Assembly: GCA_039794085.1 (NCBI GenBank)
Contig: JBDIWC010000013.1
Span: forward strand, 20,401-84,400
From: Gemmatimonadales bacterium
Lineage (GTDB): Bacteria > Gemmatimonadota > Gemmatimonadetes > Gemmatimonadales > GWC2-71-9
Length of the DNA: 64,000 nucleotides
Direction of reading: 5' to 3'
The notes below the pieces were generated by a model. It was not told the origin of the DNA and did not search any database. It saw only the letters and a program-made list of their open reading frames with translations. The position numbers and the translations under genes were made by a program. Shown here piece after piece: positions 62,402-64,000 of this stretch. Position 1 is the first letter of the stretch. Each line of letters opens with the position of its first letter.

Positions 62402-63661
62402 ATGCGCATGCGTTCGCTGCTGTGGAGTCTGGCGTGCAGTCTGGTTCTCGTTCCCGCCCTCCCGGGCCAGGTCACCGTGATCCGGGCGGCCCGGTGGCTC
62501 GACGTGGAATCGGGCCGCGTGGTCCCGAATGCGGTCGTGGTGGTCGAGGAGGGCCGGATCCGGAGCGTCGGCGGGCCGGTTCCCCAGGGCGCCCGGGTGA
62601 TCGACCTCGGGGACCACACCCTCCTCCCCGGGCTCATGGACATGCACACCCACCTCTCGTACGCCATCGGCGGGGACTGGGTGAACCGGGCGGTGAGGGA
62701 ACTCCCCGCGGTCTCCGCCCTCCGGGGAGCCCACAATGCGCGGATCACCCTGCAGGCGGGGTTCACCACCGTCCGCGATGTCGGGTCGGCTGGCTTCATC
62801 GATGTGGCGCTGAATCAGGCCATCGAGATGGGTCTCGCCGAGGGGCCCCGCATCGTCCCGGCCGGCCACTCGCTGGGGATCACTGGCGGGCACTGTGACG
62901 CGACGGGGTACAACCCCGGAATCCTGGAAAACGGCCCCGAGGAGGGGATTGCCGATGGCCCGGACGGAGTGCTGCGCGCGGTGCGGTACCAGATCAAGCA
63001 TGGCGCCAAGGTGATCAAGATCTGTGCAACGGCCGGCGTGCTCTCCTTCGAGGGATCGGTCGGGGCCCAGCAGTTCACCCTCGAGGAGATGCGCACCATC
63101 GTGGAGGAGGCGGCGCGCCACGGCATGAAGGTGGCGGCCCACGCCCACGGAACCGAGGGGATCAACGCCGCCATCCTGGCCGGTGTGTCCTCCATCGACC
63201 ACGGCTCCATTCTGAGCGACGAGTCGATCCGCCTGATGAAGGCGAACGGCACCTATCTCGTTCCCACGACCTATCTCGCCGATGCCATCGACCTGGAGGC
63301 TCTTCCCGCCCCGATCCGGGCCAAGGCCGAGTCGGTCCTGCCGATGGCCAAGGCCAGTCTGAGCCGGGCGATCCGGGAAGGCGTCAAGATCGCGTTCGGC
63401 ACCGACGCGGCGGTGTATCCCCATGGCCAGAACGGCCGGGAGTTCACCGCCCTGGTGGCACGGGGGATGACCCCGCTCGACGCGATCCGCACCGCCACCG
63501 TGAACGCCGCGGATCTGCTGGGCGTGACCGACCGGGGCCGGATTGCGCCGGGTCTCCTGGCCGATCTGGTGGCGGTGCGGGGCAATCCGCTGGAGAACAT
63601 CCGGGTGATGGAGGAGGTCGCGTTCGTGATGAAGGGTGGCGTGGTGGCCAAGCGGCCGTGA
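62402..63661 (+). CDS. Secreted metal-dependent amidohydrolase (Xaa-Pro dipeptidase-like)
   Basis: [41 protein letters not shown]. Confidence 0.92.
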   Translation: MRMRSLLWSLACSLVLVPALPGQVTVIRAARWLDVESGRVVPNAVVVVEEGRIRSVGGPVPQGARVIDLGDHTLLPGLMDMHTHLSYAIGGDWVNRAVRELPAVSALRGAHNARITLQAGFTTVRDVGSAGFIDVALNQAIEMGLAEGPRIVPAGHSLGITGGHCDATGYNPGILENGPEEGIADGPDGVLRAVRYQIKHGAKVIKICATAGVLSFEGSVGAQQFTLEEMRTIVEEAARHGMKVAAHAHGTEGINAAILAGVSSIDHGSILSDESIRLMKANGTYLVPTTYLADAIDLEALPAPIRAKAESVLPMAKASLSRAIREGVKIAFGTDAAVYPHGQNGREFTALVARGMTPLDAIRTATVNAADLLGVTDRGRIAPGLLADLVAVRGNPLENIRVMEEVAFVMKGGVVAKRP

Positions 63662-63670
63662 GGTAGGGCG

Positions 63671-63877
63671 TAGGACAGAACATAGGACGTAGGACGTAGG
63701 ACGTAGGACGTAGGGACTGGGCGAGGGTCGAGGACTTCGGGAATCTCACTGGGCGTCATCCCGAGCCGCAGGCGAGGGATCTGAGAAGGATGGTTGGTGC
63801 ACTTCCCGTTGGCTGCGTCCGCCGCGTTCTCAGATCCCTCGCGAGATTTCCGGGGGGCCTATGTCCTATGTCCTATC
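63671..63877. repeat. Heptamer tracts enclosing a REP-like hairpin
   Basis: (TAGGACG)x4 at 63683-63710; perfect 16-bp IR gcgagggatctgagaa (63772-63787)/ttctcagatccctcgc (63827-63842); inverted (GTCCTAT) tract at 63858-63876. Confidence 0.85.
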
Positions 63878-64000
63878 ACTACTGTCCGGTTAGAAGTCGA
63901 AGAGTGACAATTGGTTACGGTTGGGGGTCGTGTCCGAAGTGTGGGGGGACCCCGAAAAAGCCTGTGCCAACGGCACTTTTTCGAAGGCGCAGACGCTGAT

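Overview
GC-rich bacterial chromosomal window. The gene repertoire (secreted beta-propeller lipoproteins, Hanks kinase-TPR, DUF5916-like barrel, secreted amidohydrolases) suggests Gemmatimonadota; this is inference. It holds about 50 CDS: xfp-ackA, a CopB-type P1B ATPase, ppa, a metal ABC uptake operon, a nucleoside-type ABC transporter, three VapBC-type toxin-antitoxin pairs, an ECF sigma pair, a BTAD-STAND regulator, a PAS histidine-kinase trio and cytochromes c. I saw no rRNA, tRNA or CRISPR array. Main observations: (1) a GrdB/PrdB-like selenoprotein split by the ORF track at an in-frame UGA in a UxxC motif, followed by a SECIS-like hairpin; (2) a signal-peptide + His/Cys + RAPP leader ORF, a candidate metal-sensing ribosome-arrest peptide, heading a metal-uptake operon that lacks an ATPase; (3) three diverged copies of an ABC permease 3' end bracketing cargo blocks with no integrase in the window, plus other orphan gene tails, several next to REP-like palindromes and heptamer repeats; (4) an in-frame fusion of an alphaCTD-sigma4-wHTH protein to an Old Yellow Enzyme; (5) several apparently leaderless promoters. 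All family calls come from motif recognition by eye, not database searches.
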